Under the pieces are notes generated by a model. It was not told the DNA's origin and ran no database searches. It saw nothing but the letters and a program-made list of their open reading frames with translations. From contig NC_091288.1 of assembly GCF_032444005.1 (NCBI RefSeq), forward strand, positions 220,534,001 to 220,598,000: 64,000 nucleotides of DNA, read 5' to 3'. A program made the position numbers and the translations under genes. Below, in pieces: positions 1 to 13,434 of this stretch (positions within the stretch are counted from its first letter, which is position 1; each line of letters starts with the position of its first letter). This DNA comes from Ranitomeya imitator. Its lineage: Eukaryota.

Positions 1-329
1 TTCACATTGCGTTAGCGGGTGTCCGCTAACGGAATCCATTACATAGCGGCACTAACGCAATGTAACGGATCCGTTAGCGCACCCATTGACCGCAATGTAT
101 GTAGCGCATCCCTAACGCATGCCATTATTGGCATGCGTTAGCGATGTGCCGTTATTTTGTGACAGACCTCGAATGCTGTCTGCAGCGATTTTGGGTCCGT
201 TCCCGCTAGCGCAGATTGGGCATCTTTGCTAGCGCGATCGCATAACGTGATCCTTTTTGGCAATTGCGTTAACGCAGTTCGTTAGCGTATGCACTAAACG
301 GACTGCACTAACGCAATGTGAACTTAGCC
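1..329. mobile_element. PIF/Harbinger-type MITE, left end cut by window edge, inserted in the Gypsy protease region
   Basis: Window start TTCACATTGCGTTAG is the reverse complement of CTAACGCAATGTGAA (308-322). The element ends ...CTTAGCC followed by TTA, the same terminal pattern as other MITEs here. Confidence 0.7.
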
Positions 330-332
330 TTA

Positions 333-3172
333 TGTGCTAGAAGGTCTGCCCTCTCCTGTGGCTCACTCTGCACAATCCAGTGGTAGACTGGCAGACTCAG
401 GAGGTGGTAAAGTGGATGTGAGTATCGTCAAGGACACTGCATGGGTAACTGGCTAGCTAGGGTGGATACCCAGTTTTTGCCAAAATACCTGACTGATTTT
501 AGGGATGTGTTCTCTGAGCAGGGGTGCCAATAACTTCCTCCCTATCAACCTTATGACTGCGCCATTTATCTTTTTCCTGGGGTTAAGCTGCCTAAGAGCA
601 GACTGTATAATATCTCTGGTCTAGAGAGGCAAGCCATGAAGGACTATATCGCGGAAAATTTGGCAAAGGGTCATATCAGACCATCCTCATCCCCCATTGC
701 TGTGGGGTTTTTCTTTGTAAAGAAAGTATACGGGATTACGCCTATGCCTAGATTTCTGTGAACTCAATCTGATCACGGTCCGGGATCCATTTACGCTCCC
801 TCTCATCCCAGACCTCTTTAAACAGATTGTAGGAGCAAACTGGTTTTCAAAAGTGGACCTCAGAGGGGCATATAATCTCATTCGCATTAAAGAGGGGAAT
901 GAGTGGAAGACAGCTTTCAATACACCTGAGGATCATTATGAGAACCTGGAGATGCCATTTGGGTTGGCGAACGCACCCGCCGTCTTTCAACACTTTGTAA
1001 ATGACATCTTTAGTCACCTGGAAGGCAGATTTGTGGTAATCTATCTTAATGACATGTTAATTTATTCACCTGACCTTGAGTAAAGTAAGGTACATGTCAG
1101 GCAGGTCTTACAAATACTCAGAGACAATAAATTATTTGTCAAACAGGAGAAATGTATGTTCTCAGTTGAGCAGATCCCTTTTCCATGATATGTGCTATCG
1201 TAAACCAGTTGTAGCATGGATCTGGCAAAAAGATTGGGATTATCCTGAGGATTTGAAAACGTTACAATGGTTTTTAGGTTTTGTCAAATACTACCGTAAG
1301 TTCATCAAAAACTTTTCGATGGTAGCCAAACCACTGACGGATATGACTAGAAAGGGGACAGACTTTTCCAAGTGGTACAATCTGGACAGGAAGGCATTTG
1401 ACACCTTGAAGAGGTGTTTTGTATCTGTGCTGATCTTCATATAGCCTGATGTCACTCAACCTTTCATCGTCTAGGTTGACGCGTCTGAGTTGGGAGTGGG
1501 GGCTGTGCTGTTTCAGGGTGCATTTCCTGGTAAATGGCGTCCATGTGCATATTTTTCGAAAAAACTCATCTGCTAAGAAAAATGATGACATCAGTAACGG
1601 AACTCTTGGCAATAAAATGGGTTTTTGAAGAGTGGCGTCATTTCTTGGAGGGAGCAGTTCATCTGGTTATGGTGATCATGGATCATAAGAATCTTGTATA
1701 TTTAGAATCTGCAAAATGTCTAACGCCTTAACAAGACAGGCATTGTTCTTCACCAGGTTTAACTTTTTTGTCACATATAGACCAGGGAACAAAATATTAA
1801 GGCAGATGACTTATCTTGTTGTTTTCCTTGGAGTGGAAATAATTGTGAACTGGTTCTTATTCTACAAAAAGGGGTGGTTATAGCGTCTATATGCTCCAAT
1901 CTTGAAATGAAGTTGTTGTCACTCAGAGGTATGTCCCTGCTGCCTACCCGCAATTCGGTCTTGGCTGGACATCCTGGTAATAGAGCCACCACTGATCTTC
2001 TTACTCAGAGTTTTTGGTGGCCAGAGGGTCATCAGGGTGTCCGGGAGTATGTAGCCTCCTGCAGTGTCTGTGCATCTTCTAAGACCTCTCATACTCACCC
2101 GTCGGGGTCTCTCCAACCATGGAAGATTCCTTGTAAATCCTGGACTCACTTGTTGGTCAATTTTACCACGAATCTACCTGTGTCGGCTTGGAATACTGCA
2201 ATTTTGGTGGTGGTGGATAGATTCAGTAAGATGTCTCATTTTATTGCAATACCAGCTTTACCGAACGCCAAGTCCTTGGCGCAAATTTTTTTTGTCAAAG
2301 AAATTATATAGTGACATGGGATCCCGACTGATCTTGTTTCTGACTGGTTTATTTCCAAGTTTTGGAGGGCGTTTTGCACCCGTTTGGGGATCCATCTGTC
2401 GCTCTCTTCTGCATTTCACCTGTAGTCTAATGGGTAAACTGAACAGGTTAACCAGAATCTTGAAACTTATCTTGGGTGTTTTCTGTCTCAGAATCAGGAT
2501 TGGGTTACCTACTTACATCTAGCTGAATTTGGGCTAAATAATAGTAGTGATAAGTCTACTGGTAAGTCCCCATTATTCAGGGCATACGGGTTTCATCCTC
2601 AGTTCAGCTCATTTACTAAGAATCGATTACCTGAAAAAGAGCAGTTTTCATCTATTACATCTATATGGCAAAGGAATATTGATAATTTGAAGAAGATGGT
2701 ATCCAAATATAAGAGTGTGGCTGATCGGAGAAGTTTGGTGGGTTCAGACCATTGCGTTGGTGACTTGGTGTTTCTGTCCTCTAGGAACATTAAGTTGAAG
2801 GTTTCATCTTAGAAACTGGGTCCCAGGTTTATCAGTCCTTACAAGATCGTAGCTGTCATCAATCCCGTAGCATTCCGACTTGCTCTGCCACCTACCTTTA
2901 GGATCCATAATGTGTTTCATCAATCTCTATTCAAAATATATATTGTGTCTTCTGTACCATCACCGCTACCGCCATCCCCTGTCATTGTGGATGGAAACTT
3001 AGAATTTCAGATAGCAAAAATCATGGATTCTCGCTTATTTCATTGGTCGCTTCAGCATCAGTATGGGTACCAGCATCTGACGTCCATGCGGCTAGACTGA
3101 TCCAGTCTTTTCATGTGGCACACCTTGATAAACCTGGTCCTGAGGTTCTGGAAGTCCCTCGTAGAAGGGGGG
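333..3172 (+). pseudogene. Degenerate Ty3/Gypsy (chromovirus-type) pol: protease tail, RT, RNase H, integrase, chromodomain
   Basis: Fragments LTLHNPVVDWQTQEVVKW (protease tail), DLRGAYNLIRIKEGNEWKTAF..MPFGLANAP..IYLNDMLIYS (RT), [18 protein letters not shown] (RNase H), HPG..CSVC (integrase Zn finger), LVVVDRFSKMSHF (integrase core), VDGNLEFQIAKIMDSR..WVPASDVHA (chromodomain). Many stops and frameshifts. Confidence 0.93.
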
Positions 3173-3175
3173 TAC

Positions 3176-3800
3176 TGTCACGGGGTGACAGAGGAGCCAG
3201 AAGACCACAGCGTCTGATTGCTCCTACTCCTGCCCTGAAAAGAAGCACTTCACTTTCTTTTTAAACGGTGTTAATTTATTTTGGTGGTACAGGGGTAGGG
3301 GTTAATCAGCCATGTTGGGAGCTCTGGGAGTCTGAGCTCTCAGCTGAGCTCAGTTAGCCACGCCTATCCCCTATATAATTTGGGTCCTGACTGAAACACA
3401 TGTCAGAGTTATCTTATGCTGTATAGCTTGGAGGAGAGGTGTCTATATGAGAAGACATTTGGTGGGTTTATCAGTGACTGTTGCTTGGTTTAGTAAGTGT
3501 GATAATTCCCTTTCCTTCTACTTTGGTTTTTCCCCATCCTCCACTCCCCGGAGTGAATATGCCTGGTATTCTCATTGCCCTTGTTCATGTTGCCTTGTTC
3601 GTATGGTTGGTGTACTGCGGTGCACGGCAGCTCCCCTCTTCCCTGGGTGGGGGAAAGGAACAGACGGAGGCCGAACACATGAGATATGGCAAGGTACCTG
3701 GCCCCAGCATCTTCACCTCAAGAAGTAACACGGGGAATAGGAAGAGCTAGGGCACCCCCTAAAGTTAGGGACAGGGAAGCTCATACCTGGAATATTCCGT
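3176..3800 (+). repeat. 3' LTR of the Gypsy element (right boundary approximate)
   Basis: Polypurine tract AGAAGGGGGG (3163-3172) followed 3 nt later by TGTCACGG. TATATAA box at about 3373. Confidence 0.7.
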
Positions 3801-4077
3801 GGTCTTGGCACTGTGGGAGGTTTTCCTTTTCCACACATCCACAATGGAAATTTGCAAGAGACAAAATGAACATTATAAATATAAGAAAACTTTGATATTT
3901 GCAGATGATGAACAATAGTCTCAGCTTAATTGGCTTCTTTTAATTAAGTGAACCCTCTGGGTGGAGCTTATCCCTGTCACACGGCCCGACATGGATGGTA
4001 ATGACACATGCATTCAGAGTACAAATAAACATTAGTGTTGTGCTTTTCTCACAGTGGACTGTTTGCTTAAAGAGTAA

Positions 4078-4828
4078 GGGTACCGTCACACCATACCATT
4101 TCGATCGCTACGACGGTACGATTCGTGACGTTCCAGCGATATCGTTACGATATCGCTGTGTCTGACACGCAGCAGCGATCAGGGATCCTGCTGAGAATCG
4201 TACGTCGTAGCAGATCGTATGGAACTTTCTTTCATCGCTGGATCTCCCGCTGTCATCGCTAGATCGGTGTGTGTGACACCGATCTAGCGATGCGATCCAG
4301 CGATGCGTTCGCTTGTAACCAGGGTAAAAATCGGGTAACTAAGCGCAGGGCCGCGCTTAGTAACCCGATGTTTACCCTGGTTACAAGCGTAAAACTAAAA
4401 AAAAACAGCACATACTTACATTCTGGTGTCCGTCAGGTCCCTTGCCGTCTGCTTCCCGCACTGTGACTGCCGGCCGTAAAGTGAAAGCAGAGCACAGCGG
4501 TGACGTGCTTTCACTTTCACTTTACGGCCGGCAGTCACAGTGCGGGAAGCAGACGGCAAGGGACGTGACGGACACCAGAATGTAAGTATGTGCTGTTTTT
4601 TTTTAGTTTTACGCTTGTAACCAGGGTAAACATCGGGTTACTAAGCGCGGTCCTGCGCTTAGTTACCCGATGTTTACCCTGGTTACCCAGGGACCTCGGC
4701 ATCGTTGGTCGCTGGAGAGCTGTCTGTGTGACAGCTCCCCAGCGACCACACTACGATTTACCTACGATCATGGCCAGGTCATATCGCTGGTCGTGATCGT
4801 AGGTAAATCGTATAGTGTGACGGTACCC
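4078..4828. mobile_element. Palindromic PIF/Harbinger-type MITE
   Basis: TIRs GGGTACCGTCACAC / GTGTGACGGTACCC with TAA on both sides (3-bp TSD). Long internal inverted repeat at about 4315-4686. Confidence 0.88.
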
Positions 4829-5964
4829 TAACTGTTGATTTAATTTTCACTTAATAAATGAATCGTTCACCTGAAAATAAGCAACTTAGTAATATATTTT
4901 ATTAGAGAAATCCATTTCTTTCTCCTCCTGGACCGATCATTCATTCTCAAAATTCTCAATTCACAGGTAAAATGTGTCTTCAGTGAATACAGGTTTTCCC
5001 ATTATGGTGTTCTTGAAGTTCAGTGTAGATGTGTAACTGTCATTGCAGGAGAACTTGCAGCAGAATGTGTCGGCCTCCAGAGCCTCATTATCCCTCTCCT
5101 TCCCTCTCCATAGAATCTTATAAGCACCAACTGCCATCTTCTATTTCAGTAATATGAATATTTGTCTTCAGTGAATATAGATTTTACCCATGAATTTACA
5201 CTGAAGGATCAGTCCAGGAGGAGCAAGATGCAGATGTCTATGATAAGGGATAGTTGTATTATAAAGTTCCTTATTTTCATGTGTGCTGTTGATTTATGAA
5301 GCAAAAATTAAAGCAGTTATTCTTTAACTCTTAACTGACCAGCAAAGTAATATATCTAGGTGAATATATAATATCGCAGAATAATGCACTATGATCTGTA
5401 ACACACAGCCAGGCTCCTGCCTGAAATCATGAAAGTTTAACCTTAGATGTCGCCGATTGTACAACTATGGAATAAGGAGCGATGGAGCACCCCCTGTCTC
5501 GTCAATGGCCCCTACTGATGTAAACTTGGGATTGTAATTAAATAAAAGATGTAATATGGTGATTGTCAATCCGTTAGGACACACCTGAAATATTGGGTGG
5601 TCTTTTTGGCACTGGTGGACGTTGTCCGTCTCTAGACATCCTTATTGAAGATTTGGTAGCTATCAAAAGAGACAAGATGAAAATGACAAACATGAAAATA
5701 ACAATGTTTTCATACTGGGAAATGAAGGGCAAAATATTCAGATTAATTTGCTTCACATGGATTGAAATGGTCTCTAACCCCCGTGGCTGATGTGTTGGTC
5801 TCTTCAATGTTTTGCGACAGGATGGGAAGAGATGTTCTTGGTCATGGTCTTTGCTCACTTGACTGCCGGGCTTGTGATTCGCTTCAGTGATAGAGTGACT
5901 GTAATGATCCAAGACTCATCTCATGGCATCTGTTCCAGCCAAATGGCTGCAGGGTTTAATCATA

Positions 5965-7337
5965 CATTGGGGAAAATAAGTATTTGATATTCTGCTGATT
6001 TTGCAAGTTTTCTCACCTGCAAAGAATGGAGAGGTCAGTAATTTTTATCGTAGCTACACTGTGCCTGTGAGAAACAGAATCTAAAAATAAAAAGCGCTCC
6101 TACTCTGCACTCATTACCTGTATAAAAGACACCTTTCCACACACTCAATCACACTCCAACCTCTCCATCATGGCCAAGACCAAAGAGTTGTCTAAGGACA
6201 CTGGAGACAAAATTGTAGACGTGCACAAGGTTGGGATGGGCTTGCCTTCTCACCAAGAAAATGAATGAAACACAAGATGACTGTCAATCTTCCTTGGTCT
6301 GGGGTTCCATGCAATATCTCGCCTCGTGTGGTAGGGATGTTTCAAGGAAAGGTCTGGAATCAGCACAGAACTACACGAGAGGACCTGGTCAAAGACCAGA
6401 AGAGAGATTGGACCACAGGCTCAAACATTACCATTAGTAACACACTAGGCCATCATGTATTAATATACTGCAGGGCACGAAAGGTCCCCCTGCTCACGCC
6501 ATCACATGTCCAGGCCTGTTTAAAGTTCATAAATGACCATCTAGATGATCTTTAGGAGGCATGTGAGTTGTGGTCAGATGGGACCAAAATAATAGAACTT
6601 TTAGGTATCAACTTCACTCTCTGTGTTTGGAGGAATAAGAAGGATGAGTACAACTCCAAGATCACCGTCCCAACTGTGAAGCATGGTGGGGGAAGCATCA
6701 TACTTTGTGGGTGCCTTTCTGCAAAGGGGACAGGATGACTATGCCGTATTGAAGCGAGGATGGATGGGATCATGTATCACGAGAATTTGGCCAACAACCT
6801 CCTTCCCTCAGTAAGAGCATTGATGATGGGTCATGGCTGGGTCTTCTAGCATGACAATGACCCAAAACACACAGCCAGTGCAACTAAGGTGCGGCTCCGT
6901 AAGAAGCATTTCACTGTCCTGGAGTGGCCTAGCCAATCTCCAGACCTGAACCCAATAGAAAATCTTTGGAGGAAGCTGAAACTGTTACCCAGAGAAAGTC
7001 CAGAAAACATAAGGATCTGTATGGAGGAGGGGGCCAAAATCCCTGCTGCAGTGTGTGCAAACCTGCTCAAGAACTACAAGAAACGTCTGACCTCTGTGAT
7101 TGCAAACAAAAGTTTCTTGACCAAATATTTAATTCTTTTTTCTATTCTATCAAATACTTATTTCATGCAATAAAATGCAAATTAATTATGTAATAATCCA
7201 ACAATGTGATTTTCAGGATTTTATCTTTAGATTTTGTCTCTCACAGGTGAAGTGTACATAGGATAAAAATTACAGACCTCTCCGTTCTTTGTAGGAGGGA
7301 AAATCTGTAGAGTATCAAATACTTATTTTCCCCACTG
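5965..7337 (+). mobile_element. Tc1-family DNA transposon with degenerate transposase
   Basis: TIRs CA(T)TGGGGAAAATAAGTATTTGA / TCAAATACTTATTTTCCCCACTG, with TA on the left. Transposase starts MAKTKELSKD at 6170 and contains VKHGGGS, HDNDPKH and [15 protein letters not shown], broken by stops and frameshifts. Confidence 0.92.
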
Positions 7338-7937
7338 TCGGTCTCAGCAGATGGATGACTATAGAGCAGGAACTCCTTGCAGTTGCTTATTATGTCCTTG
7401 CATAGATTCAATCCCCAGAGGAGCTCAGAGCTGCAGAGGAGCAGTGCTGACCACTGAGCTAAGAGCTGCCCTCCAGGAGAAACTTGAGGGCAAAGATGAA
7501 ATTGTGCTTACGTTGATGATGCAGATGCTCCTCCACGCTGTTGTCTGAATTCTACAAGACAAAATTCTTATTTTATCAAAAGGACATTTTTTTCTGTAAT
7601 GATCTGTATTTAAACTTGTTTTACTAATTTGTTGTGGCAGTAATTAAAAATAATGATCAGCTGTTACACGTACTCCCGAAGTGCACGCATCCTCTGCCGC
7701 TGCTCTGGTGCTTGTGCTGTAGCAGTACCGGCTGATTTTATTATTTTTACTATAGCCAATACAATGAAGTAAAAAAGAAGCTGAATGCATAAAACCCCTT
7801 TAAACTTTGCAATGTTTCTAGTATTTAACATCAATAATAGTTTATTCGGAGTCTGCTGTCCCAAGCACAGGACGTTTCAAGTCTGATACACTTCTAATGT
7901 GATATAACAGCAGATTCCCCCCAAAGTAACCCAATTA

Positions 7938-8300
7938 GGCTGGAAGCACACGAGCGTTTGACATTCGATGCGATACGCTATTGACCCTTGGCTCAAACTC
8001 TGCTGCGTGCTGGAGCCGCGTGTCCACGCTCTGTGCTCAGATCTCTCACATGAGACAACGGTAAAAGTAATTTCGCCATCTCCTCCATTGCCTGTCTCCG
8101 CGTTTATCGGACTGCACTGGGATGACTTCTGAGTGCAGTCTGATGTTTCACATGAATCCATAGACTTCTATGGGTGTGAGCGGAGTCTCGCTGCCAGTCA
8201 GCATGAGACAATAATCGCTGATCTGCACTGCCCCTTAGTATAACACTAATAAAACATCAGACAGCACTCAGCCGTGTTATACGCTTGCGTGATCCCGGCC
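7938..8300. mobile_element. Degenerate Harbinger-type MITE
   Basis: Imperfect TIRs GGCTGGAAGCACAC / GCGTGATCCCGGCC with TTA on both sides. Confidence 0.55.
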
Positions 8301-8980
8301 TTATACAAGCTATAGCCCCATGGATTTATACAGGAATGCAGTCAGAATGTTGATAGACACAGGCGTTTCACAAAACTGTATACATCAGGCTGTGAAGAGT
8401 GAAAAAAAAATAAGTTTTTCACTAACATGACTTTTTAACATGAGTACGCCAAAAACTCATCATAAACCCCACCCATCGGCGGCCCGTCACATGATCGTGG
8501 GGCGCCGATGTGTTGGCATGACAACCAGGGGTCTGCAGGAGAGCCCTGTGGTTATCATTCCAGATCTGCTATGAGTGTCGCCCCGTGCCCGACATTCATA
8601 GCTGAAGCCCTATGTGTAGCAGAGGCGATCGGATGATCGCAGCTTCTAGTCTCCCAAGAAGACTATTGAAAACAGTGAAAATTAAATAAAAAAGTTTTAA
8701 AAAATATTAAAAATTTTGGATTCTTTTTACCACTTTTTTTTTGCAATTTCACCCCACTTAGATTGTGTTTCCCGTTTTCCCGTACACTATATGGTAAAAT
8801 CAATGGTGTTGTTCAAAAGTACCAATTGTCCTGCAGAAAATAAGCCCTCACACGGCCTTATTGACGGAAAAATAAAGTTGTGGCTCTTTGAAGAAGCGGA
8901 GCAAAAAACAAAAAAGCAAAAATGGAAAATGGCAAGATAATGAAGGGGATAATGCTTCTATATGAATGTGGCCCATCTTC

Positions 8981-9347
8981 GGGTATGTGTCCACTGTCCG
9001 GATTACATCCAGAATAGCTGCGGATTGAACGCTGCGTACAGCCGCAGCGTTCAATCCGCAGCGTCCAGATGTTACAGCATAGTGGAGGGGATTTCATGAA
9101 ATCGAGTCTCCACTATGCGTGGTAACACACATCCGGCTGCCCTGCGTTTCCGGACATGCGGCACGTCTTTTTAGATCGCAGCATGTCTGTTTACATTGCG
9201 ACGACGCTCTGTCTCCGCCAGGTAAATAGCAGGGTCCTATGAATGGGGTGCAGAAATTCCGGATGTGTGCAATGACACATCCGGAATCACTGCGCGTATA
9301 GAAGGGGGTGGAGTGAGTTTTCCGCTCCAGAGAGTGGAAACATACCC
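8981..9347. mobile_element. Harbinger-type MITE
   Basis: TIRs GGGTATGTGTCCAC / GTGGAAACATACCC, followed by TTA. Confidence 0.75.
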
Positions 9348-9350
9348 TTA

Positions 9351-9697
9351 GGCCATGTGCACACGCTGCGGATTCCATTGCGGAATTTTCCGCAGCGGTT
9401 TTGATAAATCCGCAGTGCAATACCGCTGCGGTTTTTACTGCGGATTTATTGCGGTTTTTATTGTGGTTTCCGCTGCGGTTTTTCACCTGCAGTTTCCTAA
9501 TGGAGCAGGTGAAAAACTGCTGCGGATTCCGCACAAAGTATTGACATGCTGCAGAAAATAAACCGCTGCGTTTCCGCATGTTTTTTTCTGCAGCATGTGC
9601 ACTGCGGATTTCATTTCCCATAGCTTTACATGGTACTGTAAATGCATGGGAAACCGCTGTGGATCCGCAGCAAAATCCGCAGCGTGTGCACATACCC
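9351..9697. mobile_element. Harbinger-type MITE abutting the previous one
   Basis: TIRs GGCCATGTGCACACGCTGCGG / CCGCAGCGTGTGCACATACCC with TTA at 9348-9350 and 9698-9700. Confidence 0.8.
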
Positions 9698-9769
9698 TTA
9701 CTGCTGCACTCCCTTCATCAAGACTGGCACCTGTACTGACGCACAAAAGCCTGGTTCGATGAAGCCTGA

Positions 9770-10170
9770 GAGTATGTGCACACGTCTGGATTTTATGCAG
9801 AAATTTCCTGAACAAAACCGGAAATTTTCTGCAGAAAATCTGCGCGCGTTTTTCTCGCGTTTTACTAGTGGTTTTTGCGTGTTTTTTGCATGATTTTTGT
9901 GCGGATTTCTCGCATTTTTTACCAGAGCTTCCCAATGCAATAAATAGCAGGAAATCCGCGAAAATTCCACAAAATTAATGAACATGCTGCATATTTTTCC
10001 GCAATGCGTTTTTATCACGGAAAAATACGCAGCATGTGCTCAAAAATAGCGGAATGCATATAAAATGATGGGATGCTTAATGTATGCGTTTTTTAAGTGT
10101 TTTTGTCGCGGAAAACGGCCGAAAAAAACGCTTAAAAAACATGAAAAATCCGGAACGTGTGCACAAACCC
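9770..10170. mobile_element. Harbinger-type MITE
   Basis: TIRs GAGTATGTGCACACGT / ACGTGTGCACAAACCC followed by TAA. Interior resembles 32208-32604. Confidence 0.75.
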
Positions 10171-13013
10171 TAAAACTTTTTCAACAAATTTTCTAAGAAC
10201 TGTACATTGGACAAGGAAAAATCAACATCTGTCTACAACAGGTAGTAATGACTGATATAATGGCAGAACTCATCCCTACATAGTACGGCTGAAAAAATGC
10301 ATATGTCAACCGCAGTTAGAAAAGCTGAAAACTTTTATGTGATGACTAGTAATGACAATTAGTTATAAATAATATTTTACATATACAAGGGATTGAGAGA
10401 TTGTAAAGAATGAGTTACTCATTTGGTATAATTAGAAGGAGGCTTATAATCCAGCTCAGGTGAGACCCCGCTCAGGTGAAACCCAGGCCAGCTGGATGGG
10501 GTCTTGAATATGGATTCTGTTTCTCCTGGGGTCTTCACCTGATGTTTTACCTAGACCTAAAGAAGTCTTAATGATGTAGACAGCACCAGGACTTACGTAA
10601 AAGTGGGGGTCATGGCATAAAAATTCCGTATTACCCTCTAAAGCGTCCTGAACAAAAATGAAATGATGTAGAAATTCCCCAACAAACTTAGAATGAGGTC
10701 TAATATCTAGTAATGAATAACTTTAATGGTTTTACTCTGAACTAGTAAAATGTGGAGCAGACACATCACTAATAACCAAAAGTGCAAAATATAAAAGATC
10801 AAAAACACCATTGTTTTATATTATTCCTACAATCCTAATGACAATTCAACGCTCATTAGACAGACTTACCTGGAATGCAATGGTTCGTCCAAGTACTGAG
10901 GCTTATTGGGTCCAGCAACAAGTCATTGAATGTTCCTGCCTTGGGAACAAACCACAGGGTTTACCTTCTCCAATAATATGTGGCATTGTAAAGAAGAGAC
11001 ATCTGGATACAGCTTCAGGAGTGACAGAAGAACATTTGTGGACATGAATGATAACATTTTGTCTGTGTTGCACTACAGAGAGATACCATGAGGAATTTTG
11101 AACTCTATCCTCCCGATGTTCCTCAAGGAAGAAGCTGGAGAAAAATCCCTTCTCATTAGCTGTGATTGTAATGCAAATTAGATATCATAAAATGTCAGCT
11201 GCATGTGTCGCGGCCATGTGACAGTCACAACACATGCATGGAGAGCCCCACAAACAGGCCCTCCATGCATGTCACATGGCTACGACACATGCAGCTGCTA
11301 CACCAAACAGCTGATCAGCCGGAGCAATCCAGGTATCCGGGTTCCCTCTGTAGCTTATTCGGTAAGTGCTATAGATTGCTGAATAAGGAGGGATCCATGA
11401 TCTGAGATAGCCCTAACCACCGACTAGACCATAGCAACTTGGACCTATGCTGCCCTAAAAGCCATTGAGTACTTCACATTCCTGCTGAAGAACCTGCCAA
11501 TCCATGCCCCTAGGGTGGGGATATGTGAGCAGTCATTCCCACCCATCTCTTTTGACTGCTCGTAAAACCTGGCTTGACCTGTGCTGATTTATAGCACAAC
11601 TTCACAGGTTAGTCAATTTTCTGACTATAGCAGGAGGATTACTTTTCATAGCATTATTGTTGTACGGAGTACATTTTTCCTTTCTTCTCATTGTAAATAA
11701 TGTTATTGTGATGCTCCTAGGTGGTACACATGGTTTGTGGACCCACTGTGCCACAGACCAGACTTACTCTGGATGGGTGTGTCTAAGCAGCTACCTTGGT
11801 GTTTGCTGGAGCCTCTAGTGGTGAGGCCAGACTTGTGCGGCAGATAGCTACCTGGTGCCACTGCAGGGCGATGTCCGGAAGTAGCTGCTGACCCCAAAGG
11901 GCAGAGATGTTACTACAGATTCTAACACAATGCAGGATGGCCTCTTGAGACAATTTCTGACAGGACGGCCACTTGGGACAAGTTCACACTTTGTGGGCAG
12001 GACGGCCACTGGGACAGTTTCCGCAGATGCGGTTTAAGAATTTGGACACTATGGTGGACAAACAGGAACACAGGATACGGGAAATGGAACACTAACAGAC
12101 TAGGAAAGGAGGACCTGGCAACATACAGTTGCACCCAAACCACCTAACCGAACTATATGGGTTGCTCAGGCATCTCCCAATAGGGGAAGGTGCCTTATAT
12201 ACAAGGTGTCTCCCAGCAATTATATATATTGATGGTATTTTCCATACCAAAACCCACTTTAGGCCCACTGATAACAAATCATACATTGATGCCATAAGTT
12301 GCCAGAAGCCATCATGGCTTAAAAAATATACCAAAATTGCATTTCTTTATGTTTAAATCGAAATTGTAATAAAAAAAAAATCCAATTTTCCTTCATTACT
12401 AATAAAAGTAAAAATTCTTCACAGATGGAAACTGTTTAGCAATAACTGGGACAAATTAAAATATGATCCAGTTAGCTTGATTCCAGATAAGGCAGTTTAT
12501 TTTTATTTTTTTAAAGAACACCTAAAATTAAATAAGGGATAGTAAGAATCTGTTGATCTGACAACCAAAAAGATTGTGAGATTGTTAAAGCTGTATTCAT
12601 AAGGTGTGTTTTTTTGCTTTGGCCGTAAAATTTTGCCCAGAGAAGAAAAGAGCAAAAAAATACATTCTTTTTCAATGTAACACTAATAATGTGGATCACA
12701 GACTACGATCCCAGTAATCTTATGAAACCTCTAACAATTGTTTTCTGGAGTTCCCGTTTGGCCTCCAGTATGTGGGCAGACCTATGTACAAATTATAGGC
12801 CAGGCTTAGGGAACATGTTTACAGCATTACATGTACACATTTGTACACCTACTATAGTGCCGAATGTAAGAATATAAATATTGTTTGCAATAGTTAATAT
12901 AGTTCAAAATTAAGAGAGATAGTCCAGAATAGAAATGCAAATAATGCAGAATGACAGATCACATCCTGATATCTTCATTGAGACGGATCATAACAAGAGT
13001 TAGTGCTGATTAA

Positions 13014-13434
13014 GGCTACTTTCACACTAGCGTCGTGCACTGCACGTCACAATGCGTTGTTTTGCAGAAAAAAACGCATCCTGCAAAGTTGTCTGCAGGA
13101 TGCGTTTTTTTCTCCATAGGCGTGTATTAGCGATGCATTGCAACGCATTGCCACACATTGCAACCGTCGTGCGATGGTTGCGTCGTGTTGTGGCGGACCG
13201 TCGGCACCAAAAAACGTTGCTTGTAACATTTTTTGGTGCGTTGTGTCCGCCATTTCCGACTGCGCATGCGCGGCCGGAACTCCGCCCCTCCTCCCCGCAG
13301 CTCAGAATGGGGCAGCGGATGTGTTGTAAAAATGCATCCGCTGCCCCCGTTGTGCGGCGCTTCCACAGTATGCATCAGTACGTCGGCCCGACGCACTGCG
13401 ACGGACCGAGTATGATGCTGGTGTGAAAGTAGCC
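13014..13434. mobile_element. Harbinger-type MITE
   Basis: TIRs GGCTACTTTCACAC / GTGTGAAAGTAGCC, flanked by TAA and TTA. Internal inverted repeats. Confidence 0.82.

Noticed and set aside
5574-5950. Possible Penelope GIY-YIG or GPCR fragment on the minus strand
   Set aside because: Only vague resemblance (SHPVAKH), with many stops and no diagnostic motif.
9094-10018. Cys/Phe-rich ORFs over the MITE clusters (also 13052-13529 and 30993-32505)
   Set aside because: Translations of palindromic, CpG-rich MITE DNA.
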